DNA from: Lama guanicoe
Taxonomy: Eukaryota
Direction: 5' to 3'
Length of the DNA: 64,000 nucleotides
NCBI GenBank assembly: GCA_013239625.1
Contig: MU053652.1
Span: 7,245,902-7,309,901 of the forward strand
Shown: positions 37,880-51,740 of the stretch, one piece after another
How positions within the stretch are numbered: position 1 is the first letter of the stretch
How the letters are laid out: the number at the start of each line of letters is the position of its first letter
The notes under the pieces: model-generated
Database searches by the model: none
What the model was told of the DNA's origin: nothing
Seen by the model: the letters and a program-made list of their open reading frames with translations, nothing else
Program-made: the position numbers and the translations under genes

Positions 37880-39654
37880 TAATGAAACTTTTTTGATTCC
37901 ACTACGTTTCTAGATGTAATGCATAATTCAAGAAAACCTGGATGATTTTAAGTTAACATCATATAAAAAGTCTTCTATATTTTCCATAAGCTTCACATTA
38001 AGCAGAATTCATTATTTCTTATACCCTTGGTGATGAAAAGATTAATTTTTGTTAAGGCTTTGTAGATGAATAGAAGTTCAAATTAACATTAAAAGATGTG
38101 ACAGAAGCTTTTTGTTGCTTTTTCAACTGTGAATTAGGCCATGATTAAGTTTTGCTACACCCTTAATAGATATCAAAATCATGCTACAAAGAAAATAACA
38201 GTTAAACATGAGATAACCAAGAAAATTCACACTTCTGCTGGCAGTAGACCATTTAAGCCTTACTCATAGAATTAAGGTAATTAATGTATGTCAGCCTTCA
38301 CTTTAGTGATTTTGGATTTGATAGGCAGAAAATAATCCACTTGATAGATCTTTTCTGTAATAATCAAATTTTTCTATTTCACACACTCTGTGCAGATATG
38401 GTTTGTGTCCTTTGGATTTGTTTATTATTCCTCCATCAGAAATTAATTTGAAATTACTTTCCAAAAAGAAAAGGGGATGAATTTGGGGCTTGTGAATGCT
38501 GAAAAAACTTATTGCACATACTACAAATGTGCTTTAAACTTCAACAGCTTCAAATGTTGACTTTGTATCAGACACGTAACATTGAAGTCTTGAGTATGAG
38601 AATGTCAGAATACTAACTAGTTTTTCTATGTGGCCACTATCCATATCTCTTTAAAGTTCTTTTGATCTCACATAAATGAGTAAAAGTATCAGAAGTTCTA
38701 TGAGATCAGTCTTGCATTAAATCCAAACCAAATTGTCCTTGTACTTGTCCTGTCTTATCCTGATAGAACAAATAAGCTTAAAAGATTGTGTCCATTGGAA
38801 AGACAATATTTGTATAAAAGTTTAAAACCATGAATGAATTTAGATGTACTTAGAAATGTTTGGTCCCAAAGTTTCAATCTCTTTGGAAAGTTTTCTTAGG
38901 CCACTGAATTTTACTGGATAGTTTACGTACTTCATTTAGGAGAGTCTTTTGTTCATTCATTTTGCATACACACATGAGTGTCTGTTATGTAACAATAATA
39001 ATTCATAATCCACTGTGATTATCAAGAACAAACTGAATAATGTGTGAGATTCTAAGTAAGAATAGAAGTATCTAGTGGGCCAGGAATGTTCTTGTACCTG
39101 AGTAAAGTCAGCCAGACACACATGTCTTATTGGTTTGACATTAATTCAGCATTTGATTTCCCACAAATGACTACTTCCATGGACTGCATTTTTTTTCAAG
39201 TTCAGTTACAATTATATTTGCCATCTTTTGAAGTACCACCTGTCTTCTGTAGTGAACTTTAATAATAACTAAAAAAGAAGCAGCTTTGGTAAAGTTCATC
39301 AAGGTATTTGCCTGTTATAAAATTACTGCAAAGCATTTTCATTAAGGTCAGCAGAAAACGCAAGGTTTTAGAAATTTTCTTTTTCTGATTGCAAATGCAA
39401 ATACATTTGGCCTTTAAATTTTCTCCATAATTTAAATTAAAAATAACAAAGATTACTCACAGTTTTGTCCTAAATACCAGATTTTTCTCTTTTCCTGTAA
39501 CAAAACAAAGCAGCAAAATAAATATGAGAAAATATATGAGAAAAAATTGTGTTAATAAAATTGGTTTGTTTAAATAGATTTTATTTCAAATAAGCAAAAG
39601 CAGATAGTCTTAGTTTTATAGTTGTCCATAGGCTCTTCAATTGACTTTTTTAAA

Positions 39655-39800
39655 TCTAGTTTTATTAAGATATAATTGACATATAACATTGTGAGTTTAA
39701 GCTGTACCAAGTGTTGATTTGATACACTCATATATTGCAAAATGATTACCACCATAGTGTTATCTAACACCTCCAACACATCAAATAATTACTCTTTGTA
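39655..39800 (-). mobile_element. Short L1 3' end
   Basis: agttttattaagatataattgacatataacattgtgagtttaag...tattgcaaaatgattaccacc. Confidence 0.75.
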
Positions 39801-40484
39801 TATTTCTCACAGTGCTTAACAATTGATGAGAGTTCACTCCTTTAATGTATTTATTTTGAAGCTCTGTTTCCAGTATGTCATTCTCTTCCTTCATGACCTT
39901 TTCTTAAAAATGAGAGCTTATGTGATTAAAAGGAATCAGATTAAAATTCAGTGTGAGAAACTGCTTTGTATAATCTTTTCCCAATAACATTCAGTGTTTA
40001 GGTGTGAAACTCCTCAGATCTTTGTCCTTGAAGTGGGTACATGTAACAGAGGGAAACTTCAGTAAAGAAATTGGTTGAGAACGTGCGATTTTTTGCCTTG
40101 TTTTCTCAGATTTATTATAAAAGAAAGATGTATGCATGTGGTACAAGGGAGTGATCTCCACTTTTCTTAATTACCTCACAAATACAAAAAAAAAAAAGTC
40201 ACCAATACTCTACAGGCAATAGAGACTGAAATTTATGAATGTTTTCAGGTGCCAAAATGATTTCGAAAAATCGAATACTAGTAATATATTTTCCCCATTC
40301 TTCCTCTTTTTTTTAGGTATTTGGTGGGGGAGGGTTATAGCGAACTGGAGAGAGAAGTACTAGAATTTTTAATCTTAATGAGTAGTTTTACTGTGAAAAA
40401 GCAATGAAGTTTTTCAGTAAAAGCATAAAGGATAAAGCCACTGCAAAGTATCTTAATGATTTTTTTTCCCATCAATACTATTTA

Positions 40485-40915
40485 TGGCAAACACTATTGG
40501 TTGGCTGACCCAATACCCATCCATTTCAACTAGTGATGACCATGTAATACATTTCTAGGTCAGAGCTATAAAAGCAGAAGTTTATTATGTCAGGGACTTG
40601 CATTCCTGATAGAAAGAGGTAAACTGAGCTGGCATTCACATTCCTTTCGTTCCTTCTTTTTCCTGCCTGGAATGCAGATGTGATGCCCAGATATACAGCA
40701 TCACTTTACAATCTTGAGGCAATAAGTAAACCTTGACACTAAAGATGGTGAGGTATGATGTTAAAAAAGAGCATGAGTCCCTGTAGCATTTTGAGAAGCT
40801 AAACTAACTTTCCATCTCCAGACTTACTGTTCTGTAGGAAGAACGAATCCTTGTTTGCTTAAACTTCTGTTTTTGTCTTCTGTTATTTGCAGCTGCGTTC
40901 ATCCATTCCTAACCA
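40485..40915 (+). mobile_element. MLT1 (MaLR) LTR
   Basis: cctgcctggaatgcagatgtgatg...ctaaagatggtgagg...ctccagacttactg...ctgttatttgcagctg. Confidence 0.7.
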
Positions 40916-42056
40916 ATTTACAATTTTAGACCTTTCCATTATCTACCATTAATTGAATACTTATTCTGTGCCAGGCGCAGTGCTAACTATTTACATATGT
41001 TAATATAATTCACACAACAGCCATGAGGAAAGTAACGCTTTGTTACAGATGACATACTGGCTATTACAGATGACATACTGGCATACAGGATGGGTGGGTC
41101 CCTGTATGACTGGAATGATTTTATCAGATGAAGAAACTGAAGCACAGAAATTTTAAGCAACTTTGCATAGCTAGTAAATGGCCATACTAGAATTCAAGCA
41201 ATGTCAGTTATATTACAAAATTTAATGACATTATAATTTTCATAACCTAGAAGTTCACTTTAATATGTATTTGATTTATGGTGAGGCTGAAATTCTTTTC
41301 AAATGCATTTGTCATTATCACATATTTTGCCCACTTTTCTATCAGGATATTCCTATTATTAAAAATAGCACTGAACCTCATCCTATTTTCCTATTAGCCT
41401 TTTACTTTGCCTAGGGATTTTATTTTACTTATTTTGTCATGCAAAATAATTTTATTATTAGGAAGGTAAATTTATTTAAAATCATTTATGTTTTCTGGTT
41501 ATTATATCATATTTAGAAATTTTTTAGACGTCTAAGAAAAATACATTCATTACATAATTTTACTCAAATACTTACAGTCTAATTCTTTCTTTTTAAATCT
41601 TGGACCTACGGATTTATTTTAGTGTAAGACAGGAGGTAAACTACAACTTTCCCAGTTTATTAGACTGTTCCTCCTAGTGTCTGAGCCAAAAAACCCTGAT
41701 TATTTTGTCTATAACTGAACCTTTCCATTGCTTTCTATTGATCTCTTATAACAAAGAATATCTGAACCATAGTCAACATCACAACTAATAGAGAATTATA
41801 GGAAGCACTTCGATTATATTTAGGAAGAGTACAAGCATGCATAATGATTCTATAGTTTCTTAAAATTCCAAAGATTATGGCCAATGTATTCAGATCCAGT
41901 AGTATAAATGTAGAGAAAGAAGACAAAATTTAAACATCTGAAAAAAAATTCTATGTTAGAAAATCCAAGTGATAACTGAGAAACTATTAGAACTGATCAG
42001 AACAACTCAGCAAATAGGCAGAACAAAATTTAACTATATCAGCGAGGCCAGATAAT

Positions 42057-42671
42057 GTTTTGAGATTACAATTTATGGTTTTCTATGCTTTTTCCTTTAC
42101 CTTTCTCTTCCTTGTCTACACTTTATGTCCCAGTTCTCCATTTCATTTGCTCAGGGAAGTATTGACTGAGCAGGAAGCAACAATGGCTTGTAAATTTTGG
42201 CATCTATTTTGTCCAAAGATTTTTGAGTAATAGGAGAATGTGAAGGGTTTATGGGGAAGGAAAGGGGGAAGTTTGGGGTGTGGATAGAGCCGTAGTGCCG
42301 TGAGATGCAGATTGTAAATGTAGTGGAGATCTATCTTTAGAGAGTTATAGTCAGTCTCCTTCCTCCTTTATACGCGTTCTTAGAATGAGGGCTTTAAGAG
42401 AAATACGGTACGGCTGCTCCTGAAGGTGGGCTGAGGCAGGCTAGCGGCTCACTGCTGCCCCCATGAGGCTAGCACGACCCAGGGAAGACCAGGTGCTCAA
42501 GAGTTCTTTGCCTCCTTCTAGACTCAGTTCTGCCAAGTTTTCATGAACTGGTTTTGAAGACCCAAGAAAGGCTCTTCAAATAAAGCTGTGTGACTTTTCT
42601 GTGTGATGACTTCTGCTCTCTTCCTGAAATAGTTCTTAATATGACTACTTTCAAGTCCTGTAGGATCACCA
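42057..42671 (+). mobile_element. Possible LTR of unassigned family
   Basis: ~600-bp GC-richer block starting TG, AATAAA near 42579, ending ...ggatcacca. Confidence 0.3.
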
Positions 42672-42691
42672 AAAAAAAAAAAAAAAAAAAA

Positions 42692-43102
42692 NNNNNNNNN
42701 NNNNNNNNNNNNNNNNNNNNNNNNNNNNNNNNNNNNNNNNNNNNNNNNNNNNNNNNNNNNNNNNNNNNNNNNNNNNNNNNNNNNNNNNNNNNNNNNNNNN
42801 NNNNNNNNNNNNNNNNNNNNNNNNNNNNNNNNNNNNNNNNNNNNNNNNNNNNNNNNNNNNNNNNNNNNNNNNNNNNNNNNNNNNNNNNNNNNNNNNNNNN
42901 NNNNNNNNNNNNNNNNNNNNNNNNNNNNNNNNNNNNNNNNNNNNNNNNNNNNNNNNNNNNNNNNNNNNNNNNNNNNNNNNNNNNNNNNNNNNNNNNNNNN
43001 NNNNNNNNNNNNNNNNNNNNNNNNNNNNNNNNNNNNNNNNNNNNNNNNNNNNNNNNNNNNNNNNNNNNNNNNNNNNNNNNNNNNNNNNNNNNNNNNNNNN
43101 NN
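42692..43102. other. Assembly gap (411 N) flanked by poly-A on both sides
   Basis: Direct observation. Confidence 0.99.
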
Positions 43103-44249
43103 AAAAAAAAAAAAAAAAAAAAGAAAGAAATAAAATGGGCAGTGATTTTTAAAAATACGTTAGACTATCTCAAATGCAATATTTACTTTACTTTTGTAAT
43201 TAGAAATCAAAAAGGAAAGACTTGTGCTTCTCAGAGTTAATATTTCAATCAAGGGTACATGTTTGTTAAAAATCTAGGTAAGGAGGTGAGCCTTTCTTGT
43301 CTTTTTCATTTCTCATGAGTAAGCTTGACTGAGTCTAGGAGACTATGTGTTTTTTCTTTTCCCACTTGTAACATCAGGCTTGGGATTTAAGTTAACTTGA
43401 AAGCGATTAAAAGCACTTACAGGGCTTTACTGCAATTCTGGACTCTCTACAGTGTTTCTGTTGGGCATTTTAGGTGAACATTTAGAGAATATATCTCTGG
43501 GAAGCCACATCAGTCCATGTGTTGAACTGGATAGTAGTAACATATATCTTTTAGCATCTTCTATGTAGCAGGAATAGTGTGATTGACTCTACAAAGAAAC
43601 AAAATTTAATAATACACGATCTTATAGTACATTTAGGCAAACACATAACCTTTTAGAGTGATATGACCATATTACATAACAGTGGTTCCAATCTCCTGCA
43701 AGACTGTGCAATTAAACGTTGTTATCCCTTCACTGATTCACTTAAAATGCTATAGTTTGCCCCTGGAAATTATTTGTATTTAATTAATTATAAACCACCC
43801 ATCTATTTTAACATGTAAGAATTGTATTCAAATGTAAGGGGAGCATGCATATCTTAAGAAAACTGTCCTGCTTTGTTGGAACTTTAATCTCCTTTAGTGA
43901 TCAGGAGAATTCATTTGGCCATAAATCTATAATTTATGTTTGAGCAACTGAATCTTTAGATCATCTTCCTATTTTTGATCTAGGTCTAGTCTGCCTGCCA
44001 CATATAATACTTGCGGCCTTACAGTTTTCTTTCTTATATACATATTGTCTACCTCTAGTTAAAGAATTCAGTGTGAGCAAAGCACGTTGACCTTAAGCAA
44101 CATTTTAGTCAGAATGCCTTTTAAAATGTTATCCCCTCTTTGGTGCGTATGCCTACATGAGTTTTTAATGGATATATTTTAAAAGGAACTCTTTAAGTAA
44201 AAATTTTAAAAAGTCAGTGTTACCAAACCTCCATTAGCAAGGCACAATT

Positions 44250-44765
44250 GTTTAGAGTCTAAACAAAAAAAGATGGACCACTCTCAGTATTGAAAATGAG
44301 GAATTTAATGTAGGAAATGGGTGATGGAAGAAGCTGAGAAGCTACCAGAGGACAGTGAGGCTCTCCAAAGACTGGCGGAACTGACGCTCCCATCATCTGC
44401 AGGCTAAAGGGCAAAGGAGTAAGAGGCATGATGGTCCCCCATCATCATGGGTTACTGCATGAAGGCTGAAGCTAATGGGCTTTTCTGGAAGGAGATGGAA
44501 GCTTGAAAGTGATGGTAGCTACTGTTAATGGTAGAAAAGGAGGTACTTTGGAGTCTCCCTCTTGCCTCCTTCCACTCTGCTGATGGTGCCTGGAGCCTGG
44601 GAAATACAGGATACAGAGCAGAGCTGAAAAGAACAAGGGCAAACATGACAAGGCATGCAATTCGAGTGGTTTTCAGAAGTGGGGACGGACTTGCACTGAA
44701 CTGCCCACGCTCTTTGCCTTGGCAATCCGTTCCTCTCACTGTTCTCATCCTGTGGGACAGACAAA
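44250..44765 (-). mobile_element. ERVL-type LTR remnant (LTR33/41-like)
   Basis: ccactctcagtattgaaaatgaggaatttaatgtaggaaat...gaagctgagaag. Confidence 0.4.
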
Positions 44766-45389
44766 GGGAGGCATGAGCAGTGATGTCAGAGCTCCCAGGA
44801 GGCTTAAATCAGTGACATTGATCTCACCCAATAATGCATCCTGTCGAACAAACCAAGTCACACAGAAGTGATTTATTTTTCCACAGCTTATTTTTGGCAA
44901 AAACATACATTGCCTCTTCACTTTAGCAATAGCCCTAGGGAATACTTGGGACTATAAAGTACAAATGCCTAATGAAGACATTTATTCTCTTAGTAGTGAT
45001 TCTTTCATTCATAGTTTTACTTACATGTGACGCATGTAGGTTGAGCTAATTAAAGGGGAAAATACAGAGACTAGTTAAATGATGCTAAGAGTTAGGAACC
45101 TAAAATTTGGAGATCAGTCAAAAAAGTCAGTTAACTGTAGTTGTTGCACTGCTATACAAGAGTAACATAAATCGCAAAGAAACACATCGTTACAACATGA
45201 ACAATAACTGTATTAACAACAGTGGCATGGGATAGCTCTGCTGAAGCCTGCTGTCAGGAAAAGATTTGGTATAAACATCAATTTCATACAAGGTAATTCA
45301 TGACTTAGCCTCAAATATTTTCTCCTTATCTCCTGCTGCTCCCTCATATATATCCCCATGTCAGTCCACAAATAGCAATTATAAAATTT

Positions 45390-45525
45390 TTTTCATTTTT
45401 TGGAGATATAATTGGCAAAGAACATAGTATATGTTTAAGGTGTACAACATAATGATTTAATATATATCTATATTGTGAAATGATTACGACAATACGTTTA
45501 GTTAACATCCATCACCTCACAGTTA
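45390..45525 (-). mobile_element. Short L1 3' end
   Basis: gagatataattggc...gtttaaggtgtacaacataatgattt...ttagttaacatccatcacctcac. Confidence 0.75.
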
Positions 45526-45559
45526 GAAATGACAAAATCTAAATGAAAAAATGAAGCCA

Positions 45560-46920
45560 CTGGAAGATGACCAAAAGTGGAATTCGATCCTTAACATAAG
45601 GGAACTGCATTTGCCCTTCTTTTCCACCCAGCTGTCTGTAGTACAGGGCAGCAGCACCTCAGAGGCTGCAGTGTTCTGGGGTTGAGTCATCAAGGGACGG
45701 AATCTGAAACGGCCTAAAAGGCTGAGAACCTCCCCCTAGTAAGGAACGAGTTCTAGAGGAAGGAGCACCACAGTATAAACACGAACTTTCCTCAATCCTT
45801 GGTGACTGTGTAAGTGTCAGGGAAGATCCAAGGAGCTCCATGGAAAACAATAGCTTGGAAGTTTAAAAGGTTCAATAGAGATTTTAGCTGCTGCCCACTA
45901 CAAGGAAGACAAACATTTGGAGTGCGAGTCATGGCAAGTTAAATCCCATTTGAAGAACAAAGATAAAGATTCAAGACAAAAAATAGGCATTCAAACATAT
46001 CTAGAATAACATTAGGTTATCTAATGTATGTATACTGGGAACCCCAGCTAACAAGAAGAAAAAATGGGAACGAATCTATACTAAAATATGTCTAAAATTT
46101 CCCAAATTTGGTGAAAAACAAATTTCAGGCTTAGAAATCTCAGAGAATCCTGAGTAAGATTAATATAGAATTAATAGAAAACCATAAGTGTACATATCAT
46201 AATCAAACTGATAATAACAAGAATTAATGAGAACATCATGAATGCAGTCTTCTGTGCACACATGTGTTTGGTGAAGTATTATGTACAGGGAAACAATGAT
46301 TCAAAGATGACTGGCTTCTCATCAAAAAGCAGTGGAGGCCAGAAGAGAATGGAACAAAATCTTTAAAGTCCTGGTAGAACATTCTCTCTGAGTTCTATCT
46401 CCAGAAAGAATGTATTTCAAAAGAAAGGCAAAACAAAGACATTTCAGATAAATGGAAACTAAAAATTTGCCACCAGCAGACTTGCACTACAAGAAATGCT
46501 GAAGGATTTTCTTTAGGTTAAAGGAAAATGGTGACTGGGGAACTCAGATCTTCAGGGAGGATTCAAGGGCAGAAGGAAAGATAAATAAGTGGATACATGT
46601 AAAGGAGTATCTTGGTTTTTCTCTTAACTGTTTAAAAAGACACTGCCTTTTAATGCAAATATTATAGGGTTTATAGGGTTTATAAGGTATGTAAATTTGA
46701 AATTCATGTTAACAGCACAGAAGATGGAGGTAGGTAGTATTATGCTGTTACTAGACATGTTAGGTCAAGTGGAAAAATATTAGCTCTGAATAGACTGTGA
46801 TAAAGGTGCATATGGTAATTATATATAAATTACTTTTAAAAATCAACAAAGTGTAGCTAAAAGTCAAAAAAAATTTTTTTAATGAAATGGTAACTAATAT
46901 TAACTAACCCAAAAGAGGGA
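45560..46920 (+). mobile_element. Old L1 5'/ORF1 region remnant
   Basis: aaatttcccaaatttggtgaaaa...gactggcttctcatcaaaaagcagtggaggccagaagagaatggaac...ccagcagacttgcactacaagaaatgctgaagg. Confidence 0.75.
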
Positions 46921-48085
46921 AAGAGAGAGATCTGTGCTTTTTATTTTCTGTAAAATTTTACTTTGATAAAACGTAAGAAAAAATACAAACAAAATGAACA
47001 AAAACATAGATCTGGTGGATCAGAATATTGGGAGTGGGACTGAGGAGTTTTTATGTTATAACGACCTCCCTCCCCAGTCTTGATGATCATCCACGTTTGA
47101 AACTACTGCTGTAGACAGACCTTACCAGCTTTCCCATGGTTATGAAAGTACAAAGCCTCCCACGAGGCTGTTTGCTCCTTCACGCAGATACATCACTCAA
47201 TTTTAGGAGCAGCGGGAACCTCAGACTTGTCAGCTGGAAGAAGCCGGCTACGGCCTGATGGTCTGCAAGAATTATGTTATCAAAATGACAGCAGTTACGA
47301 AAGCCTTGGAGAGTTTAGCAGCTCTCTATTTTCTCTTTTATTCTTACATACTTCTCACTAACTTTTATCTTCCCCCAGTTTGTCTGCCTTTTATAGGCAT
47401 TTGATGGAGAGGGAATTATCATAATCTGACACTTCCATTTTGACCAGAAAAGGAGACCTGCAGGGGAATATCAGTGTTCTCTGTCCACTGACATGCTATG
47501 GCCTGAGCAAGTTTGGCTTTGAGGTTTTAAGGAGCCACGTCTGTGGCACTAACTGTGTTTCTGTAAAGCCACCGCTGTGTGGAAGATGGACGACCTGTCA
47601 GAAATGCTGGTCCGGGGATCCCGCAGTACGTCCCGAGGCAAGTCATGAGGGATGGGACAGAAGCCTGTTCCTTGTGCCTCTGGACGTCACCTTCCATCAC
47701 ACAGAGGCCAAAAAAAGGAAACTACTCAGAAAACATGCTGATCTGAAACCAGGAAAACAATTTATAGTGGTAATGTGCCTGTGTTGAGTGTGGAGATTAC
47801 ACGTAGAAATGTCAACCTGGATTTTTAAAAAGTGGAATTTGTGGATTATAAATGCTTATTTAATGTAATAGAAAGACAAATTTTATAATAATTTTGGAAA
47901 TACTGATTTTTTTCCCCAGTAGCCTTCTAGAATGGCAAGTAAGTTTCCATATGTCTAGGTATCTAATCTCATAGAAATCCTCTAGTTTCTTAATTTAATA
48001 TCCTGATTTAGGATTATGTCTGCTTAATTTAATTTTCTACATCTGACTCTCTGAATTGGAATTTTTTTCCATTCACTGAATACCT

Positions 48086-48229
48086 TTATTTATATTTTGT
48101 GGAGGAAGTGGGTAATTGGGTTTTACTCATTTATTTTATATTTTATTTTTGGAGGAGGTACTGGAGATTGAACTCATGAACTCGTGCATGCTAAGCAGAT
48201 GCTCTGCCATCTGAGCTATCCTCTCCCCC
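48086..48229 (-). mobile_element. Vic-1-type tRNA-derived SINE (camelid)
   Basis: Reverse complement ggggagaggatagctcagatggcagagcatctgcttagcatgcacgagttcatgagttcaatctccagtacctcc with A/B boxes, then A-rich tail and an aattacc segment. Confidence 0.8.
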
Positions 48230-48990
48230 AGCTCAATATTTATTGAGTAGCTAATGTGTTTCAGACTGTGCTGGGCCTGGCGATACTATTCGTATTCTCA
48301 CATCTCTCAGTCTAACGAGAGAGGCCCACAATTAGACAGTTGTGAGATTCTGTGTTAAGTGCTGTGATACAGAAGTACAGGCCCATAGGAAAGGGTATAA
48401 AATTCAGACCTGGGTTGTCAGAAATGTGATCTCTAAGGTGATACTTACAGGGTGATTAGGATCAGGGGAGTAACAGAAGAAGTGGAGGAGTACAGAAGAG
48501 TGTTCCAGGAAGATGAACGAGCACGTGCAAAAGCCTAGAGGTGGAGGGAGCGTGGAAAACTTAGTCAACTCAAAATAACTCAGTCTACCTGGAAGAAGAA
48601 GAAGTGAGGTAAAGCAAGAAGGTTAATCAGTGATACAGAGAGAGGCTTGAAAGGAAAATAAATGCCAGATCATGGAAAATGCGTATGTGATATTCAGGAA
48701 TTTGTAGTAATGACTAGAAGTCATCACAGTGCTTTAAAGGGGGAATGGCACAGTCAGATTGTCTTGTAGAAAGATTACGGCTCAGTGTAGAGAATGGGCT
48801 GAAGGGCAAGTTTGGGAGGACTGGGGTCAGGAGGATCAGTGTGGATATTGTTGGGTCATCCCCGTGAGAGATCATGGTGACTTGAACTGGCGGTGATGAC
48901 TGGACAGAGAGAAGGGTGCAGATTCCTGATACATTTAAGTAGCAGCATTGCAGGACTTGCAATATAAGAGAAGGGTCATTGGAATCTAAA
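48230..48990 (-). mobile_element. L2 LINE remnant
   Basis: atttattgagtagc...aagagtgttccagg...gcacgtgcaaaagcctagagg...gagatcatggtgacttgaact. Confidence 0.75.
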
Positions 48991-50869
48991 CTGAGTCATA
49001 AAGGATGTGGATATCAACGGGAGTTCATAGAAGTGGTTTCAATACAACAAGAGATCATTGTGAAGTTAAACAACGTTTAATGGAAGTAACGCAGGGAGAG
49101 AGCTGGGTTCTCTACCTTGTTTTAGGTAGTCTGCCGTGTTTGAAATTCTGGATTCTCAGGACTTCACAGGAGCCAGAATGAAGTCATGTCTGCAGGAACT
49201 GATCTTTCTGTAAATGGGAGAAATGAAGGTGGGATGGAAGGGAAAAGGAGCATGTAAAGAAACAATTACCCTGAGTGCCTCTCATTCCAAAAGTAACTGC
49301 TATAAAATGGGGAGGGCAGAGCCCTTTGCAAGTGTCCGGACTGTGAGATCATTAAGAGCAAAACTGGGCCTTACTGACTTTTCTTTGTCTTTAGGCGTAC
49401 CTGCAACTTCATTATAGTATTTTGAGGTGTGCATGTATTTATCGGTTCTGCTTGGGGTTCACTGAGTTTCCTGAATCTAAATACTGCCGTCCTTTAACAG
49501 CGCTGGAAAAATCATCATCTCTTCAGATCTCTCTGATACTCTTTCTGGAAAGTAAATAGTTGCGTATTCCTTTTACTCCGTCTCACACTCCACTTACTTT
49601 AACTCTCTGGATAATTTCTTTTCCCTGTAGACGCAACCATTCTCTCTTCAGCTGTGCAAATCGGCTGTATAATCCTTTCACTGGCTCTCCTAACTTCAAC
49701 GTTTGTCTTTTCAGGTCCTTAAGGTCCTATTTCTTCAAGATTAAAGCCAGGACTACTTTCGATTAAAATTTCCACTCGACCTTTCTTCAGACAACGAAAG
49801 AGGGGATGATTTGGACTAGAGCTCAGGTGAACACTCACAAGTGGTTGTAAATCCTCGGAGGAGGCATCAAGTTCTAGACAGACAAGTTTCTTTGTTATCC
49901 TTCTGTAAAGAGAGGATTTGGTTCCCACTCACCTCTGCTCTGAGGGTTTCCTGCGCTGGGGTCCAGGCTGTTTTCAGGCTTTAGCCTTCACCTCCTGCCT
50001 GCTTCCCCCGAGTCCGGCCACGGGGTTATCAGAAACCACTGATGACAAAGACAGTCTTGTCACCTACCTTCCAGGGTTTCTGCTTTCTCTTCAGATCTGG
50101 ACTCTCTGTTCTTCAATTTTGTGCTACATCTACTAGGGATTTTAAAAATTTATTTGATGTTATGTCCTGTATTTCTTGTTGTTTCAGTAGGAGGACCATT
50201 CAGGGCATTTATCTTGAAAGCCTTGAGTTCACTGTTGAGCAGGAGGAAGTCGACTGCTGAGAGAGAAAAGATACGGGGACCTCCTCAGAGTGAATAGTTA
50301 AAAGTTACCGAGAGTCATAGGAGTGGGGAGCGTTCCGCAGGCTGTTGAAGTCACACGGGGGGAGGCAGGAGTCTAGCCTTTGATGAGCGTGGAGGTGTGA
50401 TCAAGAACAAAGACAACAGTGGCAAGAAAAGTGTGGCTTGTGTTCAGGAAATAGGAACCATGCCTTGCAGAAAGAATGCATTTTATGTTATCATGAAGAA
50501 AAAAATTCCTTCTCATCAGCAAGTGACTGAGAGATCGGTTCTAGATAGAGATCTAAATCAAACGCATTTTATACGGTTAAGTAAAATATCCTCCTTTCAT
50601 TAAAAATCAGAAAATATGCTAATCATGATTAATATGAAAGCAAAATAAATTTGCATCTTATCTATGAATTTAATGTTTATTCCTTTTTATTCCTTGGAAA
50701 GGAAAAAGAACTATAAAAGCAAAAGAAACTCAAGTGAAAATTGAACTTCTCATGGGAGGTAAAGTAACATGACAGCACTACTTCATCTCTGTGGGAAAAT
50801 GGAGAGAAAGTGAGTGGCTGAGGTTGTAAAGGAGAAAACGGACGATAAGGATAAATGGTAGAATTGGCA

Positions 50870-51740
50870 AACATGTATGAAAAGATGCACAACATCACTG
50901 ATCATCAGGGAAATGCAAACTAAAACTAGAATTAGATATCACCTCACACCTATCAGAATGGCTGTCGTCAAAAAGAACAAATTGCTCTACGTGTTGGTGA
51001 GTATGTGGAGAAAAGAGAACCATCATGCATTGTTGGTAGGAATGTAAATTGGTCCAGCCACTATGGGAAACAGTATAGAGGGTCCTCAAAAAATTAAAAA
51101 TAGAATTGCCATACGATCCAGCAATTTCGTTTTTCCACAAAAGATACATGCATCCCCGTGTTCATTGCAGCGTTATTGACAATAGCCAAGACATGGAAGC
51201 AACCTAAGGGTCCACTGATAGATGAATGGATAAAGAAGATGTGACACACACACACACTGAAATATTACTCAGCCATAAAAAACATGAAAGCTTGCCATTT
51301 GTGACAAAACAGATGGATCTAGAAGGTAGTATACTAAGTGGAATCAGTCAGACAGAAAGACAAAAACCGTATTATTTCACTTATATGTGAAATCTAATAA
51401 AGCAAAACAAATAAATGAGTAAAATGAAAGGATAACAGACTCATGGATACAGAGAATAAAATGGTGGTTGCTAGAGGGGAGGACGCTGGGAAAGATTGAA
51501 ATTGGGGAAGTGGATTAAGAGGTGACAAACCTCCAGTTATAAAATAACTAAGCCATGGGGATGGACTATACAGCAGAGGGAGTATGCTCAGGAATATGGT
51601 AATGACTTTGTATGTGGACAGATGGTGCCTAGACTTATCGAGGTGATCATTTCATAATGTATGCAAATGTCACATTACTGTGGAGTACACCTGGAACTAA
51701 CATAATATTGTACATCAGCGGTATTTCAGCAAAATTGTTT
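50870..51740 (+). mobile_element. L1 ORF2 C-terminus and 3'UTR (L1MA-like)
   Basis: catcactgatcatcagggaaatgcaaac...aatagccaagacatggaagcaacctaa...gatgaatggataaagaagatgtg...cataatattgtacatca. Confidence 0.9.

Noticed and set aside
42590..43240. 216-aa ORF
   Set aside because: Artefact of poly-A plus the N gap.
48150..48229. tRNA-like sequence
   Set aside because: Degenerate stems and an A-rich tail indicate a SINE, not a tRNA gene.
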